Assembly: GCA_038087875.1 (NCBI GenBank)
Contig: CM075980.1
Location: forward strand, 868,001 to 932,000
DNA length: 64,000 bases
Direction: 5' to 3'
From: Malacoraja senta
Lineage: Eukaryota
A model generated the notes under the pieces. It was not told the origin of the DNA, made no database searches, and saw only the letters and a program-made list of their open reading frames with translations. Below, piece after piece: positions 1 to 12,535 of the stretch. Position numbers and translations under genes: made by a program. Every line of letters begins with the position of its first letter. Position 1 is the stretch's first letter.

Positions 1-372
1 GAGGATTGGCAGCAGTTTAGAATTTGGTAAAAACGGACCAAGGGAGATTGAGAGTGAAAATAGACTATGAAAGGGCAAGATGGAGTGTAAACGCTTCTCC
101 AAGTAAGTGTAAAGAAAAATATGTGAAGACAATTATAGATCCCATTTTGGGAGAAATGGGAGAATATAGAATGGGGAACAAAGTAAGAACAATACATTAC
201 ACAAGATAGACACAAAATGCTGGAGTAACTCAGCGGGACAGGCAGCATCTCTGGAGAGAATGGGTAACGTTTCGGGTCGAGTCCCTTCTTCAGACTTCTC
301 CTTCCTACACAAAACATTACACAAATACTTTGGTTCAGTCTTCCCAGAAAAAGACAAAATATATCTTCCAGG
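1..372 (+). mobile_element. Decayed CR1 LINE ORF2 fragment (EN-RT linker), interrupted by a Penelope terminal-repeat insertion
   Basis: Frame-shifted translation EDWQQFRI..KIDYER..GEYRMGNK..KYFGSVF matches the CR1 ORF2 linker (EDW..F..KIDYERKLA..GE.IMGNKEMA..NKYF.SVF). Confidence 0.7.
205..313 (-). mobile_element. Penelope-like element terminal-repeat fragment with hammerhead-like core
   Basis: Minus strand reads agtCTGAAGAagggactcgacccGAAAcgttacccatt...gatgctgcctgtcccgctgagttactccagcattttgtgtcta; flanked by direct repeat acattacacaa (194-204, 314-324). Confidence 0.85.
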
Positions 373-409
373 AAATGAATTTCCACTAGGAGTTTTGCCT
401 GGCAATGTG

Positions 410-670
410 GAGCCTTGTACCAGGAGTCACAGCTCAGGATATGTTTTATGACATTTAGGACTTCAATGAGAAGAAATTCCTTCATTCCAGCAGTAGAATT
501 ATCTACCACAGAAGTGTGGAGGCCAAGTCGTCAAATATACTCAAGAAAGAGATACATTTCCAGACACAAAAGGCATCAAGGGATATGGTATTGAGGGAGA
601 TAATCAACCGTGATTGTATTGAATGACAGAACAGAACTCAAAAAACAAATGTCCTGCCATTTTCATGTTT
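410..670 (+). mobile_element. Old CR1 3' end fragment
   Basis: Degenerate match to the CR1 3' region seen in better-preserved copies at 25600-25880 and 45300-45650 (gtggaggccaagtc, atcaagggatatgg). Confidence 0.65.
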
Positions 671-809
671 TTTTGTTCTGTATATTTGAAGAATTCTATT
701 ACATTTGACAAATTTAAACTGTTTCCATCAGAAATTATGTTGACTATCTAACCACATTATTCTAAGTGTCCTTTTACCATAATGGGTTCAGCAATTTTCT
801 AAAGATATA

Positions 810-1160
810 AATCTATCAGACCTGTTTTTCTCTCTCCCTCTCTCTCGCTCTCTCTCGAATAGTGATGTTACATTTGTAGTATTCCAATCAGTTAAGAATA
901 TTCCAGAATCAAGAGAATCTTGGGAACTTCTAATACTTCCACTATCTCTCCGATCATTCCATTTAGAAGCAGAAGCCACAGGCCAAACTGTCTGCCAGTT
1001 GTGATTGTTTTAAATTCCTGCATTCCTTTTGTCCTCTGATTTTCTAATATTTTAGAGGTGCCTGCTACAAAATAATAAGCCTGGTACAAAATAGTTACTT
1101 AAGATTCTGACATTTCCATGTTCCCAATTATCAATTCTCCAATGTCGGCTTCTAAAGGAT
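810..1160 (-). mobile_element. Old CR1 RT fragment
   Basis: Minus ORF 788-979 contains DSLDSGIFLTDWNTTNVTSLF, matching the CR1 motif SLxxGxVPEDWRxANVTPLF. Confidence 0.65.
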
Positions 1161-1944
1161 CAATGTTTATATTAGCTATTATCTGTAATGTTGTAAAACA
1201 TCGTAAGCACAAGGATATAGCTTGTAATATCTCTGCAACATATCAAATAGCATGGCATTAAAATGGCAGAAATATTCCCCTTTCACTAAAAAAATGTTGC
1301 TCATTTTCTGTATTAGGTTGCTGAACATCCTGCAAACATGATAGTACAAATAGTTATTTCTCTAACCTATTTGTACCTTTGTATTTATCATAGTCACTTG
1401 GCATTACTCAATTTGTGTACAGGTGCATATTGAAGAAAAAAAATTGAAAAATTAAATTACATGTCGTAACACAAGACATAAAATCTAGTATTAAGTTCAA
1501 CACAATATTTCAATCATTGAATCCTCTTGATGTTCATAAATAGATGCTAATTTTCCCTCGCTATTTATGAAATGAGGACTATTCATATGAATTACTATTG
1601 TGCAACACGTGGCCAGACATTCATTTGAATTGGTTACTTAGATTGTATAAAATACAAGTGATTTTTGGGCAGCCTATAATTGTATTGACTGCAAAATGCA
1701 TGATTCAAATAAACTATTATCCTATCCACAAGTAATCTGGGATTCCCTACCATGTTACTGTTGTTTATTGTCTTCATTAGGTTGATTAATTATTTGAATA
1801 ATCAAATGTTCTGTCAACAGAATCTTACATTGTTGTATTAAACTTAAGCAATCCATCACAATTATGCACAAACTGGAATGAAAAGTATGTGATTGTTAAT
1901 CTAATAGCTCTTTCACAAATATTCGGGAATAAGGTTCTCGTTTA

Positions 1945-2050
1945 TCATATTGTTTACAGTGTACTATGTTTACATATTCTGTGGTGCTGCAGCACGTAAG
2001 AATTTAATTGTTCTATCTGGGACACATGACAATAAAACACTCTTGACTTG
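1945..2050 (+). mobile_element. Rex1/Babar-type LINE 3' tail
   Basis: gtgctgc..gtaagaattt.attgttct..gacaataaaacactcttgac is the same tail that ends the Rex-type RT copy at 16640-16712. Confidence 0.7.
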
Positions 2051-2190
2051 GGCACCATCTGGTTGCCATTTTTCTGCTGGTTAAGAAGCTTAGATTTTTA
2101 GATTGGAATGGACCATTGGTGGCATTTGGGAAGTAGAATGTGGGTTGCACTGAAATATTAATGTTTTCACTCCCAATTTTGAAAGGACAC

Positions 2191-2848
2191 GTGAAGAGGA
2201 TGTCAGGAGGTTGCAGGGTGACCTGGACTGGTTGAGTGAGTGGGCAGATGCGTGGCAGATGCAGTATAATGTAGATAAATGTGAGGTTATCCACTTTGGT
2301 GGCAAAAACAAGGGGGCAGAATATTATCTCAATGGGGTTAGGTTAGGTAAGGGGGAGGTGCAGCGAGACCAGGGTGTCCTTGTACACCAGTCACTGAAAG
2401 TTGGCGTGCAGGTACAGCAGGCAGTGAAGAAAGCTAATGGAATGTTGGCCTTCATAACAAGAGGATTTCAGTATAGGAGTAAAGAGGTTCTTCTGCAGTT
2501 GTATTGGGCTCTGGTAAGACCACATCTGGAGTATTGTGTACAGTTTTGGTCTCCTAATTTGAGGAAGGACATCCTTGTGATTGAGGCAGTGCAGCGTAGG
2601 TTCACGAAATTGATCCCTGGGATGGCAGGACTGTCATATGAGGAAGGATTGAAAAGACTAGGCTTGTATTCACTGGAGTTTAGAAGGATGAGAGGGGATC
2701 TTATAGAAATATATAAAATTATTAAGGGATTGGTCAAGCTAGAATACAAGCCTAGTCTTTTCAATCCTTCCTCATATCACAATGAATGGCGGTGCTGGCT
2801 CGAAGGGCCGAATGGCCTCCTCCTGCACCTATTTTCTATGTTTCTATG
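2191..2848 (+). mobile_element. 5'-truncated CR1 LINE (RT C-terminus plus 3' tail) with internal inversion/deletion
   Basis: ORF 2211-2849 has WQMQYNVDKCEVIHFG, LVRPHLEYCVQFWSP and RRMRGDLIE; 3' tail gggccgaatggcctcctcctgcacctattttctatgtttctatg. Confidence 0.95.
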
Positions 2849-3227
2849 ACATTCTACTGCATCATTTTTGTGACATTTTTGTTTCATTTCTCACCCCAGC
2901 TAAATATGCCATAACGTGATGTTATCAATTAATCATAGCGTAGTTACAACACAGGAGGACATTTTGCCCACTATGTCCGTGTTGGATTGATCAGCATTGA
3001 ATTTAGGGCAGTCAGACTTGTGCCTACAATAAGGTGCAGTCTCACAAACTCAATTTATAATGACCCATTGGAGCAGCAGAGAGGGATTTCTGCCCCGTTT
3101 GCTAGCTGGATGGGAAATCAGGTTGTAGAGGAGTCACAACCCAGCATAATATATAATTTTCACTGAGTAAGCATTTCTTCCTTTTCTTGTATCTCATTGT
3201 GGAAGTCGGTCACATGGGCTCAGAGTT

Positions 3228-3430
3228 CATGGTCTGCTCTCGTGCTGAGTTCGCTGATTTGCAGTACCGCAATTAATGTCAGCAATCCTGTGCTAAATCT
3301 TCTTCTCCCGAACATTGCACAGTGACCTTTTCTTCAAATTCTGCATCTGAAAATGATAGAATAAAGTTCATCTGTTCTGTCTTAATGATTGAATAGTTTG
3401 CTTATTTTAAATGGGGCATGCATATGATGA
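3228..3430 (+). mobile_element. Ancient AmnSINE2-like SINE relic
   Basis: Collinear degenerate blocks gtgctgagttcgctgat / caattaatgtcagc..ctgtgcta / cagtgacc / gattgaatagtttgc resemble the AmnSINE2 consensus as recalled; a related relic lies at 53086-53358. Confidence 0.5.
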
Positions 3431-4015
3431 TAAATTGGTAACTGGCACTTATGCCTCACTATAACCAAATTTGGAAGAAATGAGAAGTAAGCCAAGGGAA
3501 GAAACATATAAAGAATCAAACACTAATTAACCTTCCGTAGCTTCTCACGGGAAGTCAAGATACTGATGAAGAGTGATTCAACCAATAATTGGACAAGACC
3601 CCAAATTTCATCTTCCTCAGTATATTCCTTCCTCAGATGCTGCCTGACCCACTGAGATCTTCCAGCACTTCATGTTTTACACTGGAACAAACTGCATATA
3701 TAACATGCCTGATTTATAATGGTACTTTCATTTATGTACAATACTTAGAATTTATATTATTTTAAGTGTCAATGAGTAATTAGAATTGGTTGGAATACAG
3801 GAGTTTTGCTGCAAATCAGTTTAAAGAGCTGAAGGACTGAGCCATTGAGGTGTAAACTCCCTGGTGGAAAGTACAATTACTGAAGGATAATTTTACAATG
3901 TCAATATGAGGGGAGTAATTTCAGAATATTAAATCAAGTTATAGAAATAGGAATAATCTTACACCCCTCCACCTACCACTGACTATACCTATCGACTTTA
4001 CTTGTTCCATTTTAA

Positions 4016-4098
4016 TTTTAGAGATACAGCACGGAAACAGGCCCTTTGGCCCACTGCGTCCACACCGACCAGTGATCCCTGCACATTAACATTATTCT
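4016..4098 (-). mobile_element. HE1-like V-SINE 3' fragment
   Basis: tttagagatacagcacggaaacaggccctttggcccac matches the 3' end of the near full-length copies at 28679 and 54852. Confidence 0.75.
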
Positions 4099-4499
4099 GC
4101 CATTTAAAGAGATAACAGATGTTCTTCCACATAAACTCCACGTTTCCACCCAATCCTCTAATTTCCATAATGTTCCACAATATATCAGATTTATCATTAA
4201 ATATTATCAATGATTGATCATCTCCTGATTAAAGAAAATTATGAAGATTTAATCTTTTCATTTCAAATCTAAATGTCCAACCATTTATCCTGAAAAAGTA
4301 GCCCCAATTTCTAGATTCTCCAGTTGGAGAAATGAGTTAGTTGTGTTCAATGAATGAATGAGTGAATGTTTATTGGCCAAGTATGCACACATACAAGGAA
4401 TTTGCCTTGAGAATGAGAATAATGAGATTGTCTCATTCTTCTAAACTCTGATGATTGGTTGCTAACTATTTTAACTCAGCTTCCCATTCCCATACCGAT

Positions 4500-4945
4500 C
4501 ATTGTGCTCTGGGCTGCCGCCTTTGGCGGAGTGAAGCCACAAGCAAAGTTGAGGAGCACCACTGCGTTCCGCTTGGGTAACTCAAAACCCAATTGCAAAC
4601 ACCACCCCCCCCCCCCACCTCCCCAACGTAGTGTCAACACATTTCTCCGAGTATCTCCCACCACCCCAATCACCCTGCTCCTTTTCCCTCCTCTTCTGTA
4701 CGCTAATCTCCTAACCCGAAGACCCATATTTCCCTTTTATTCCTCTTTCTTTCCTTCACCGCTGCCCCCTTCCACTCGTATCCCTCCCTCCAGAATTACA
4801 TTTTGGTCCTTTCCGTATGTGACACCCTTTTGTCTCCTTTTCATACCTAGCCTTTGTCACTTACTCCACCTATGTGCCAATCAACTCCTCCCCTTCACCT
4901 GTATCTGCAGTAATGTCTGCCTAGATTATTAAGGCCTTGTCCTGA
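4500..4945 (+). mobile_element. Decayed Penelope-like element (end of GIY-YIG ORF plus pyrimidine-rich 3' UTR)
   Basis: agtgaagccacaagcaaagttgaggagcaccactgcgttccgcttgggtaac corresponds to SEA.RKLEEQHLIFRLG as in the PLE at 48140-48200. Confidence 0.65.
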
Positions 4946-7900
4946 AATGGGCCTTAAACCCACAACCTTTTAAGTCAGGCTACCAACTTAATTACTATTT
5001 GCCTGCCTTGGCTCATTTTAAATTCTGGTTTCAGAAGCAATGGAAATTAAGAGATAAGTAACCAATGCAAATACTCTCTCTTGATGGTGTTCTGAAAAGT
5101 TTTGAATTTTGCTACATGATATTTTTCTTGATTTATTTGCTGCATACATGGAGATGAGGCATCAAGATAATTAATAACAGTGATACGGCTTAGCATGCCT
5201 TCATGAATGTTGTATTAAATGCAAGAGTAAATATTCGTTATATTTTCTGTTTTCCTTTTGCTGAAAAACTGTATGGTTTTAAAATAGTGATTTTCAGTTA
5301 TCCAGTTAAAACAGATGAAACAATCCAGAAATTATGTTTTATACTGCATGATAATTTTGATACCTTTTCTTGAAAATGAAATGAAATAATACAAACCCAT
5401 ATTCTTAAGTTGCAGAAAATCAAATCCAAATGTCTCCACAGTATAAATATAATAATATAAGCCAATGTGATTATTGAGCAACAGGTTAATAATGAAAGAC
5501 AATTATGAATTTATTAGTGAATCTATCTTTCAGTTTTATATTGTGCTTGTGCATTATGGGTTAAAATGGATGATATTTGAAGGTGGAATGTAGGATCTTC
5601 ACATGATGTACTTGGCAAGCAATCCATTTTCTCACTATTATCATCCAAACGATCTGTGTTTGCAGTAACCAAAGGTCGTCATGCATGAGTTAGGTCTGAT
5701 GACAACTGTGTTTGAGCACTGGGGAGAAAAATGAAGCGTCAAAATAATATCTGACAGTCTAGGCGCAGCCACCACACACAGTTGGTTTAAAATGCATCTA
5801 ACACAAGGCGGGGTTATACGCGGGCTACTTAAATATATTGTATGCAAATGGTGTGGACATTGATATTTGAAAAGTGAGGGAGCGAAAGGACAATGCTGAT
5901 AACAGCTTCTCAAATATTAGAAACAAGTTTGTCACTTCAATATTGTGAAATATAAAATATAGTGTTGTGACTGAAATATCCACAGTGAGGAAATTAGAAA
6001 TATATGGAAGTAGTTTACACTCAGACTGTGAAAGCATCAAGGAGCTGGCTTGCCAGTAGGCTGCATGATACCATCAGAGTAGTCAGGGAATAGGTTTTAT
6101 TTACAATTCCTTTTAAAGGTAAATTATATTTATAACCTTTGAAAATTATTTAATAATACTGTCTGATGGAATTATAGGTTTTAAAATATGGTGGTTTAAA
6201 AAAAATACCTTCAATTAGAATGTGAAAGTGAGCCATTCATATATTTATTAATATATTTTGCTTCAGGAAATTATAAGATGTTTTCGCAGAAAACGTGGGC
6301 ATTGGTAAAATATGAGAAATAGAATTCCAACCCAGAGTTTTTTGGGAGGGTGGTCTTTTCTAAAGTCAAAACTGCACTATCATTCAGACAGCAGTCAACC
6401 TCTTGAATGTTTTAAAATCCTTGAATACATCAGCCAGTATGAGTCAATCTCATTGGTTCTGCAATTTGAGTATTCATTGCTGTATTAGATATTAAATAGT
6501 TCTTTTGACAGTGTATTCATGCTGGCTTCATTTGCATCAGTGCAAAAGAGTTGTATGAGCACATCAGCACTTTTGTAAGTGTAATTTTAAAGACTTATTG
6601 AGCATGCTGAACCCTGTAGGTATGAAACCTCTCCTGAAGGCCAACCCACCAATTTGAATTCCAAACACATGTAGCGTAAATTAAGCCTTTGTGAATTTCA
6701 TATTGATGTTCTATTTCCATAACTGCCATACAACAATTTAAACCTTGTCGGTCCTGAAGGAATAACTTGAATGCCCTCCATCTCTTTGTATTGAAAGAAC
6801 AAAACTAACTCGTATAACAGTTTGTAACCTGAACTCGTTTTCTTTGTATTGTGCAGTGACATCATGGCATCCCAGTTCTCAACAGACGTTACATTATAGA
6901 TAGTTGCAGTTTAATGTCGATGTCTTGGCATCGTGACTAAATGTTGATTCAACATTTGGAAGTATTTACTGAAAGATTGCTCCAGATTTTAGACCAAATA
7001 AGACTATTTTAAATAAGTGTTTAAATCAATGCCAGTACTTACAGTATGTGTGTTGATCAAGCTCCAGAATGCAGATGCTGCAAATTCTAACATGGTCAGC
7101 AAAATGCAGAACTGGGAGGGATAACTTTCCTGATATCACAAGAGTGAGTACACTGCACCACATCTACCATCAACCAGCCAGTTTCCCTGATGTATTTCTC
7201 GCTCAGACTGAATATGCTGATCCCAGTTGCAAGTAAGAAAATTTGGCTGTGTATAATCACAATGTTCACCTGTGAGGAGAGCAAAAATAAATCACTTTAT
7301 ATTTCCTCTGTAGTTCAGCAATCAATGGCATCCTCTGGATAGTATACATTTAAATTTTTAAAAAATGGAAATATCCTTTTTCTAAAAAGAATGTATTTTT
7401 GGCTGCAATCCCCAAACCCTGGAGCAGCAGTACTCTTGGCCATCTACTGACAAGCAATAAGGCAGAGCCATATATGGTAAAAGGATCCAGACCTTTTATG
7501 CAGATCCAGAAATTGAATTTCATGGTGTTCTGTAAGCCTTAGCAATCTGCTTCATGATGCACAAGTAGCACATTTCTGTATCTGTTAATATATACTGCCT
7601 GAGTGGTTTGCCATGTTGGATATTCATGGACCTTAATATTGCTCATTGATTGATGAATCCTCGTTTCGGATATATGAAGATTAAAACTTAGCAAACAATA
7701 AACAAAAAATACCTATTGAGTGATTTTACTCTATTGTGGCATCTTTGTCCACTCCTTCACTGTGTGTATATTTAACCCAGTTTATCAAAAGCTTCACCCA
7801 AGAAGCTTTTGAATTTTCTCTTGAACTTTTGTACTGCTTGAGGAAAGTTACTCACAATGGACTTATTCTGAAATTGACATTTCCAGTGCTTCAAAGGTTC

Positions 7901-8227
7901 TGTTCATTAGCAGATCAGAAAATCATTAAAACCCCAGCCACCAAAATTGACTTTGTGTTGTAGTCTATCACCAAAGTTCATTCCTTCAAAATTATTGGAA
8001 TACATGTTGGAGGTGACTACAATGTGCTGAAGATACTAAATATCTCGTTCTGTGCTACCAAGTAGGATGGATTTCCAAGAAGTAGGATATTAAGTGGAGG
8101 TATGATAGCGTCAATTCATCCGAGTTATTCTTGCTGAACGCTGTTGAAAATTGGAGACAAAGAATAAATTGGGCAGCTAAAATGTTGTATTCTGTTCCCT
8201 CACCAATAAACATTCTTCAGCATAAGT

Positions 8228-8470
8228 GAGTTGAGGGAAATGTATTTTACAGACTGAGTGGTTAGTGCCTGAAATGCTCTGCCAGGATTACAGGAGGCAA
8301 ATTTAACTGTGACATTTAAAATGGAGATGGATAAATATCTGAAAGGAAGGATTTACAGGACTGTGGAGAGAGAGTGATCGAGTGGAACTAATGGGATTGC
8401 TCTGACGTGTATTTGGTACGGATTTAACAAGTTGGGTGACCTCCTTCCGTGCTATAACCCTCTTGTGACA
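8228..8470 (+). mobile_element. Old CR1 3' end
   Basis: gagtggttagtgcctgaaatgctctgcca, acatttaaa..tggataaatat and cctccttccgtgctataac are CR1 3'-region blocks. Confidence 0.65.
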
Positions 8471-8606
8471 TGCTTCAGTTTTGCATTTCATTATCCAGGC
8501 TTTATTAATCAGTTTTTTCCATGCTTTATCCCTTCCAAATAAACATATGCTATTGCCATTTTATCGGCCTTACTTATATTTATTACATAGAATTGTTGCC
8601 GAAAAG

Positions 8607-8830
8607 AAAAACAAAACTGAAGATGCTGGAAATCTAAAGTAAAAAGAGAAACAGCTGGAAATTCTCAATGGATCAGTCAGTGCCCATGGCAAGACTTACA
8701 TTTCAGGTCTATGATCTTTGGCGTTCAGAACGGGCATAAATAACTTCTGATGAAACATCATTGACCTGAAATGTTAGTTCAATCCCCATAGATGCCGCTG
8801 ACCTGAGTATTTTGAGTTTTTATAGATTTT
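8607..8830. mobile_element. Older PLE terminal-repeat fold-back with degenerate hammerhead core
   Basis: Left arm gatgctggaaatct..gctggaaattctca..acatttcaggtc; right arm CTGATGA(8747-8753)..gacctGAAAtgtt(8768)..atagatgccgctgacctgagtatt. Confidence 0.6.
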
Positions 8831-9329
8831 ATTGGAGAAAATGTAGAATGTTTACATTATTTTTTTTAAAGTTTGACAGTAGATCGGAATTGAGTTACAC
8901 ATCTGCAATTGTATTTCAAAATTCTGCTGGCAATCAGAAACGAGTAGTAATCATTAAAACCATATGTCTACATTTATAGCGTCGCAGTATGCTGAAGAAG
9001 TTATTTGTTCTATAACTAGTTGACAATTCTGAGCGAGGAGTTAATTGACACTTGTACAGGCGACGCTGCATGGCCCCTTTAAGAAAACGAAGCCGTCTGT
9101 GTAATCCATCTTTCTTGAATAGATCGGTTCAGTCTGCTCGCTGGCATTACACCCTAAGCTACCTTAGGAGGTTGAAAGCGGCAGTTGTCCAGAGCGGCTC
9201 CAAAGCTGATTTGGAGGCTTAACAGTAACAAGATTGAGATTACAATGTGCAGAGGATATTGCTCTTCGTTCATCATGGGAATTATGGATATCAAGACCTG
9301 AGAAAATCATCTTAGCGCAGTTTGTATGA

Positions 9330-9643
9330 GGAAAGCGGCTTGCGGACCCGAGTGAGGATTGGAACTGGCTTCTTGTTCAGTGTGTGCGTGTGCGAGCGCC
9401 GGGCTAATGAGCGGAGCAGCTGGGCAGCGCTGAGCCCAGCCCCGCCGCCGCGCCCCACAGTCTCGCACAACACTCAGACGCGGAAGGATTTACTTCGGCC
9501 ACATTAAGAGAGAGAGAGATATTTATTTTTAAAACGGAGAAACCGAGAGGGAAGGGATTGCTCCGAGTTGCTGGCTTTGTACGGAGGTTTGGAGGCACCG
9601 TCAGCGCCGCTCTGCCTAACTAACTGGACGACGGGCATATCAG
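9330..9643 (+). promoter_or_regulatory. CpG-rich promoter and probable non-coding first exon of an unidentified gene
   Basis: The clearest non-repeat CpG/GC-rich block in the window (gcgagcgccggg, GC box ccccgccgccgcgcccc at ~9440-9456); no ATG after 9410; ends in a CAG|GTTTGT donor at 9643/9644. Confidence 0.6.
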
Positions 9644-12349
9644 GTTTGTTTTTCTTCGCTCTGCCCGTTTCCCATTTCGGCTGTCTCCCCCTCCCCCCAC
9701 CTCCCTGGAAAGAAAACTGATTTTTTTTTTGTAAAGGCAGCACGGTCTTAGAAGCCCGAGAATACGGCCATATTACACGAAGAATGATTTTGTTTCGCTG
9801 CGAAGGGAATGTGCCGGATAATTGTGGATTCCTAAATGGTTGGGATTACTGCGCTTTTGCAGCGTGGATTGAGGTTATCATTCATTGTTTGTGTTTAGGA
9901 AAATAAACCCAGTGTTGGTAAGATACAATATATATTTCACTTTTATCTATCTAAGAAAATGCCGTTGTTTCTGTCGCTTCCACTGTTTGTTGTTTTTATT
10001 GTATACTCCTCTGTCTTTGAGATCGGTAACAAAGGGAATCCTCCCTGTTGGCTTCTTGCCTTTTCGCCAAAGTAACAGCTCAGAACGATGCCGGATTTAT
10101 TTTTACCTCGTGTTTAAAAAAAAGAATTATATATATATATATACCGTTATTCCCGCTATTTGGTCAAAGACACACGGGCTGAAGCAGTTCGTTGGCATTA
10201 CTGAACAACAAAGTTAAACATTTCGGAGCAGGCTGCATGCTCGGAGTGAAGCAGAAATGAGTCATGGGGAAATGAGTCCAGGATGCCCTTTGTCAGTTCA
10301 CTGAGCTGCTTTCTTATCAAATATGAAACCAATAACTTTGGACAGTTGAAAAGCTGCTTGTATAATAGAAATCAATAATTTCTTGTAAAATCATTGGAGT
10401 CCTTTGTTTCCTCTCTCTGGTACCTTGTTGCTGTGAATACTCACGCAGCTGTTAAACAGGTCTGCCTGTCTGTTTTCTTCCAGCATGTTGAAATACTACT
10501 GAATATGTATTTTGTAACTGGAAAATATTTGAGGCATCTGAGTTTCCTTAGGCAGACATTTCTCAGTCTGGTTTTCTTATTAACTAATTGGATAGATAGC
10601 CTTTAGAATCCCAACCTTCTTGTCTTGAATTTCTTCTGAGGAGCAAGAAATGCCTAGCATTTTGTATAGGTTTCTTTACGGTTGCTGCTTAACTATGTGT
10701 CAACAGAAATTACATGATCACAATATTAACTTAGGAAGAAAACATTTCCTGGAATTGACTAGTAGTACTTTAGTTAATAAGGGATTTCCATGAAGCATTT
10801 TGACATTAAAGTTTTTATTTTAATTTAAAAATGGTTTCTTTCAGAATGATGCTAGACGTACATAGTAAAAGACTAAAGCCGAGCTTATTTGCAACCACGG
10901 TCATGGGACTAAAATGTTTATGTACAAAAGACAAAGACTGCACATTGTAGCCTGCACGTAAACTCTTGCAGTTAGTATAACCTTTGAACAGTACAGAGTA
11001 CATGCAGAAAAAACCCTGTCTTTTGAGTACAGCGTGTAAGAGACTTGGTTGAAACATAGGCGTTTATTGTGGTGACTGGTCTTCAGCAATCTTGCAATTG
11101 TCTTCACAAGCAGAAACTAGAACAGTGAGTCTAAATGATATTGAATATTAGCTTCATTTTTATTTCAGAAGTACTCATTGATGCAGGCTGAATGACATGC
11201 TGTAGGCTGTATTTAAGCCACTGGGTACTGGAGTGCCGTAGCTGTCTTTATACTGGCCATATCAAAGCCATGGAGGTTGGTAGTAATGTTAAAAAGGTAT
11301 TCTGTTGTTGGAAAGATGACCTTTCTACAAAATCCACTGTTCTACCAAAGACTCTGGGGTGGGCTTTGTTGCTTTCAACACTGAAGGTCACATCATTGTG
11401 CTTCCCTGTCTCACGAGGCCTCTAGAACTACACAAAAAGCATCCTATTATTCCAGGCTTAAAGCCATTCCTTCTTCACCAGTGTCTGGCACGATACGTTA
11501 AAACAGTGTTTCCTTTTGATGCAGCATTTACAAGACAAACGTTCTTATCACTCCTGATTAATTCCTGCAGAAATGGAGGAAAACAGATGAAGAGCCTGAG
11601 GCTGGTTCCCTAGAGAAGTCATTTGTATGTTGTCACATGCTCCCTTCCATTAGTGTGACACCACAATGAAAGTAAAAGCTGTTCTTCATTGTGCACTTTT
11701 GCCCCAATGTGTCCTCCTTGGCCAACACCCCCCATTTTCTATTGTTCGGATACAATTCATTAATTTTATTTTTGATTCCGTCTTTTAATATTAACATTAA
11801 ATTAATCTAATATCAGTGTAACCATAAAGTTTCCATTTGATTTGGCAAAAGTAGTGTTTCTTGTACTTTTATTGGTAGGTGCAGATGACACTGAAGTGAA
11901 CTGGCGTTTCTTATTGATAGCTTGTGTCTTGTTATCGTACAGCTGCATTTTGATTTTCTGCTGCCATTGTGGATTAAATTGAGTTGTCTTTTGTTACCTT
12001 TAAGTGCAGTAATTAAATCAGTTCTGCATTGGTTTATGTTTGGTAAATGTCACTTGTATGCCTGCAGGCTTGCTGAAGTTGCCATTTACCAGATGTTTTT
12101 TCCCCAATGCTCATGGTGGAAAGCGTGGGCTCCAAAAATAGCAAAGGGCCTTCATCTTGGGTGTTACAGCCTGCTTTTTTTCCACGCTGGCTCTTGTAAA
12201 ACCGCATGGCAAATTTTGTTAGAAAAATGCCCTTAGTATTCTCAGCCTTATTAATAGAGAAATGTATGTATTTTTGCCACGTTGAAAGATGTAAATCTAC
12301 TGAGTTTTCCTATCCCAATCCTCATACTCCAGTTTCTAACACGTCATGG

Positions 12350-12535
12350 AGCTGATGCGCTATAATGCTGAGAACTATATTCTGCACTGTATGTTCTCCT
12401 TTGCTACTTGTAATTGAGTTTGTCTTGATTGTATATATGTATAGTATTATCTGATGGGGTAGCATGCAAAATTAAGCTTTTCACTGTACATCAGTATGTA
12501 TGATAGAAATAAACCTAAAACCTTAAAACCTAAAT
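12350..12535 (+). mobile_element. LINE 3' tail (Rex/Babar-type)
   Basis: tgctgagaactatattctgcact..gcatgcaaaa..gcttttcactgtac..aataaacctaaa; related tails at ~20660-20757/22355-22384 (+) and ~52105-52345 (-). Confidence 0.6.

Noticed and set aside
2211-2849. 212-aa ORF as a novel protein with an unusual C-terminus
   Set aside because: CR1 RT fragment; the odd tail comes from the 36-bp inversion and 3' UTR read-through.
4459-4932. 157-aa Pro-rich ORF and 152-aa ORF at 26528-26986 with repeated peptide
   Set aside because: They arise from a pyrimidine-rich PLE 3' UTR and a 41-bp tandem duplication respectively.
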